From Candidatus Poribacteria bacterium (GTDB lineage Bacteria > Poribacteria > WGA-4E > B28-G17), in assembly GCA_021162805.1 (NCBI GenBank), contig JAGGXZ010000185.1, forward strand, positions 3,064 through 67,063: 64,000 bases of DNA. The letters run 5' to 3'. Below the pieces are notes generated by a model. The model was not told the DNA's origin. It searched no databases and worked only from the letters and a program-made list of their open reading frames with translations. The position numbers and the translations under genes are program-made. Below are positions 61,916 through 64,000 of the stretch, one piece after another; position 1 is the stretch's first letter; every line of letters begins with the position of its first letter.

Positions 61916-63244
61916 TTATTCGCCGGTGGATAATCGCCACAGCAGCAGGGAACAAGGGCCTGGGTCTTGCTGCAACTTCTCCGGGTTGTATACATCGGAC
62001 ATCACGTACATCACGCCGGGCACTGTTACCGAACCCTGGCACGGATTGGGTGTCATCACATAACTGCTTGCCTGGTAGCCAAGTTCCAGCGGGTCCATCC
62101 CTGCAACCGGTTCAGCAACCACTTTCTCGCCCCCCAGGATGTCCCCCTCCCAGGCCTGAAGCTTGCCCATTGAGGGATTGTTTATGAACACCGAGCGCGT
62201 GGGGGAGATGTACTGCCACTTGCCGGCGTTGCTGTACCCCCTGGCAGTCGGCACCTCGTTTACCAGCCTCAGCTTGCGGGTTGTAAGATCATATACCAGG
62301 AAATCATGGCGCCACGGGCCATCCTTGGGGGACATGTTGTGGTAGATGAGGAGGTGTTGCCAGTCCCCCGGCCGCACCGGGCGCATATCATATGACAGAT
62401 AACGCCCATCCACTGCATCAGCCGGTAGTTCCTCTTCATGCAATATATTGCCCTGCCAGTCCAAGTGTATCAGCCGGCTTGTCGCGTGTTCGTGCACATC
62501 CCACACGTTGCCTACCACCACTACCCCGGCCTCGGTCGCGGCAACCAGGGGATAGAAGAAGGCGAACGGCTCATGGTACTTGATCGGTTTGTCGAAGCGA
62601 AAGTCTAGCCCCTGCCGGTGTCCGTAGAAGATAAGCGGCGTATTGAACGGAACGCTGCCGTCTTCCGATATCGCCAGGATGACGAGAGCTGCCCGCTGTC
62701 CATCGGCTGTCACCGCTGCATTCATGCGCAGGTGAAACTGGTTGTACGGCGGCACTTGGGGGATTAACTCGGTCCGCTCGACCCACTCAGTCACGTCCTC
62801 GGGCCGGGCGCTGCGATAGTACCGCAGCGTCCCGTACCCATAGCGCGGATTGTCTGTGTGGTGGTTGATGCCCAAAATAACATGCAAGTACCCGTCGGGC
62901 GTGCGCATCAACAGCGGCTCGTTTCCCCCGTACGCCCCCGGTTCCTTAATGGAGAACGCATGTACTGCCGGTACACCGTCCGTACCCGGCAGGGGAAATT
63001 GTCCTACCAGTTGAGTAAGAAATCTCTTTTCGCCGTTATCGGCTGTTTCCCACTCGTTGAGGGTGGCAGCCCAGAAAACATGCCGCTGGCCTTGCAGTAC
63101 GTAGCTGAACGTATGCCCGCCCCACTGGGATGCCACGTTGGAGTGCAGTACAACTGGCCCTCCGACGCACCTTACCTGCGCGCTTACCCCTTCAAGCAAG
63201 GCGAATAAGAGGAACGCCATGAAAAGGCAGGTTTGAATTTTCAT
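61916..63244 (-). CDS. Secreted hypothetical protein (possible beta-propeller), apparently foreign
   Basis: Signal peptide, 442-aa ORF, SD GAGGGGG; codon use (CGC/CGG, ATT) differs from host. Confidence 0.7.
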   Translation of the reverse strand: MKIQTCLFMAFLLFALLEGVSAQVRCVGGPVVLHSNVASQWGGHTFSYVLQGQRHVFWAATLNEWETADNGEKRFLTQLVGQFPLPGTDGVPAVHAFSIKEPGAYGGNEPLLMRTPDGYLHVILGINHHTDNPRYGYGTLRYYRSARPEDVTEWVERTELIPQVPPYNQFHLRMNAAVTADGQRAALVILAISEDGSVPFNTPLIFYGHRQGLDFRFDKPIKYHEPFAFFYPLVAATEAGVVVVGNVWDVHEHATSRLIHLDWQGNILHEEELPADAVDGRYLSYDMRPVRPGDWQHLLIYHNMSPKDGPWRHDFLVYDLTTRKLRLVNEVPTARGYSNAGKWQYISPTRSVFINNPSMGKLQAWEGDILGGEKVVAEPVAGMDPLELGYQASSYVMTPNPCQGSVTVPGVMYVMSDVYNPEKLQQDPGPCSLLLWRLSTGE

Positions 63245-63449
63245 ATCGATTCACCCCCTCTTTATGTGCTGTCAGATATTTTTTCATCGGCGCAATTATA
63301 CAACAAAAGTTGGTTCTTCGCCATAAATTGTGATAAAAGGTCAAGCTTGAAAAGCAACTGGGAACCGCCTATACTCTCTTTAGGTTGCAAAACCACGAGA
63401 GGAGGCGAGTTCCCAGATGCGAAACAATTGTATCACAATTTCGCTTGAT

Positions 63450-63518
63450 TTGCGACAGGCCTATGGGTATCGTGACTTTGAGCATTTCCGACTCCGAATC
63501 CTGACCCTGGCAGCGTAA
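63450..63518 (+). pseudogene. C-terminal remnant of an ISL3-family transposase
   Basis: Translates LRQAYGYRDFEHFRLRILTLAA*, the typical ISL3 'R.AYG(Y/F)R...F.LRI' ending. Confidence 0.72.
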
Positions 63519-63586
63519 GCCATCTCAGTGCACACTTGAGACTCGGCCTAGGTCATATCTCCCCTATGATGCGGATCTTGGCCGGC

Positions 63587-63763
63587 ATCAGACACAAGAC
63601 CCTAGACTCAAGATTCTCACAACCAACTTCTAACCTCTGGGTCTTGATTCGTCATACCAATCTGGAGTCTTGTGTTCAGAGTCTTGTATCTGATCGCAAT
63701 CCCCCATGAAGCGGGTCTTGGTTTGTCACCTGAATCACCTCGCTTCCTGATTGAAAAGCCCTA
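63587..63763 (-). mobile_element. Family B MITE-like copy, inverted relative to 61273-61410; left end unclear
   Basis: Reverse complement of 63661-63762 matches 61274-61410 apart from one indel; contains an inverted CAAGAC heptamer array. Confidence 0.75.
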
Positions 63764-63838
63764 CTACAAATCCTTGACGGTGTGAGGAAGGCTGTGTTAA
63801 GATTAGTGGCGGAAAAATTTCGTCTCGGCGGTGTCAAC

Positions 63839-64000
63839 ATGTCCGAACTCAGATGGCATCCGATTCTCGAGGAATGGGTGATCGTCTCAACTCATAGGCA
63901 GAAACGCACCTTTATGCCGCGTAGGGAGGAATGTCCCCTTTGCCCAGGAGGGGTGGAGATACCTGATGATTTCGACATCGTGGTCTTTGAAAACCGGTTT
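63839..64000 (+). CDS. galT: Galactose-1-phosphate uridylyltransferase (5' part, runs off the window)
   Basis: MSELRWHPILEEWVIVSTHRQKRTFMP..ECPLCPGG..VVFENRF; not in the ORF track. Confidence 0.88.
   Translation, partial: MSELRWHPILEEWVIVSTHRQKRTFMPRREECPLCPGGVEIPDDFDIVVFENRF

Noticed and set aside
61374-62063. 229-aa ORF as a real gene
   Set aside because: Chimera of MITE sequence, a transposase fragment and the antisense of the 61916..63244 gene.

Overview
Gene-dense chromosomal window from a diderm bacterium. The lineage is most likely Ca. Poribacteria-like (inferred from secreted proteins ending in a 'KLATTW(G/A)xIK' tail plus sulfatases, UroD-like and TPR proteins); AGG/ATA-rich codon use hints at a thermophile. 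It holds the core rpsB-tsf-pyrH-frr-uppS-cdsA-dxr-rseP operon with a type II restriction-modification pair inserted between cdsA and dxr. It also holds a K+ channel plus separate RCK gene behind a Cys-PAS sigma54 activator, a MATE/ceramidase-like/sulfatase/UroD-like/xylB/HAD catabolic operon, and a lipoprotein-lipoprotein-(metallopeptidase/beta-propeller/Omp85) operon. Further along are a sigma54-type hsp20-hsp20-degP locus, DinG, tRNA-Gly(CCC), a 2.5-kb decayed mobile patch and the start of galT. The most unusual signals are: (1) nested inverted-repeat intergenic elements (two MITE-like shell families) carrying exchangeable 7-10-nt tandem repeats or GTAG-REP palindromes; (2) a shared C-terminal TTW(G/A)xIK motif that looks like a sorting signal, with a candidate Omp85-protease machine in the same window; (3) a local strand-specific C-depleted zone; (4) a sigma54-driven Tyr/Arg-rich secreted protein. 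No CRISPR array, rRNA or intact transposase was seen. All calls are by eye, without database searches.
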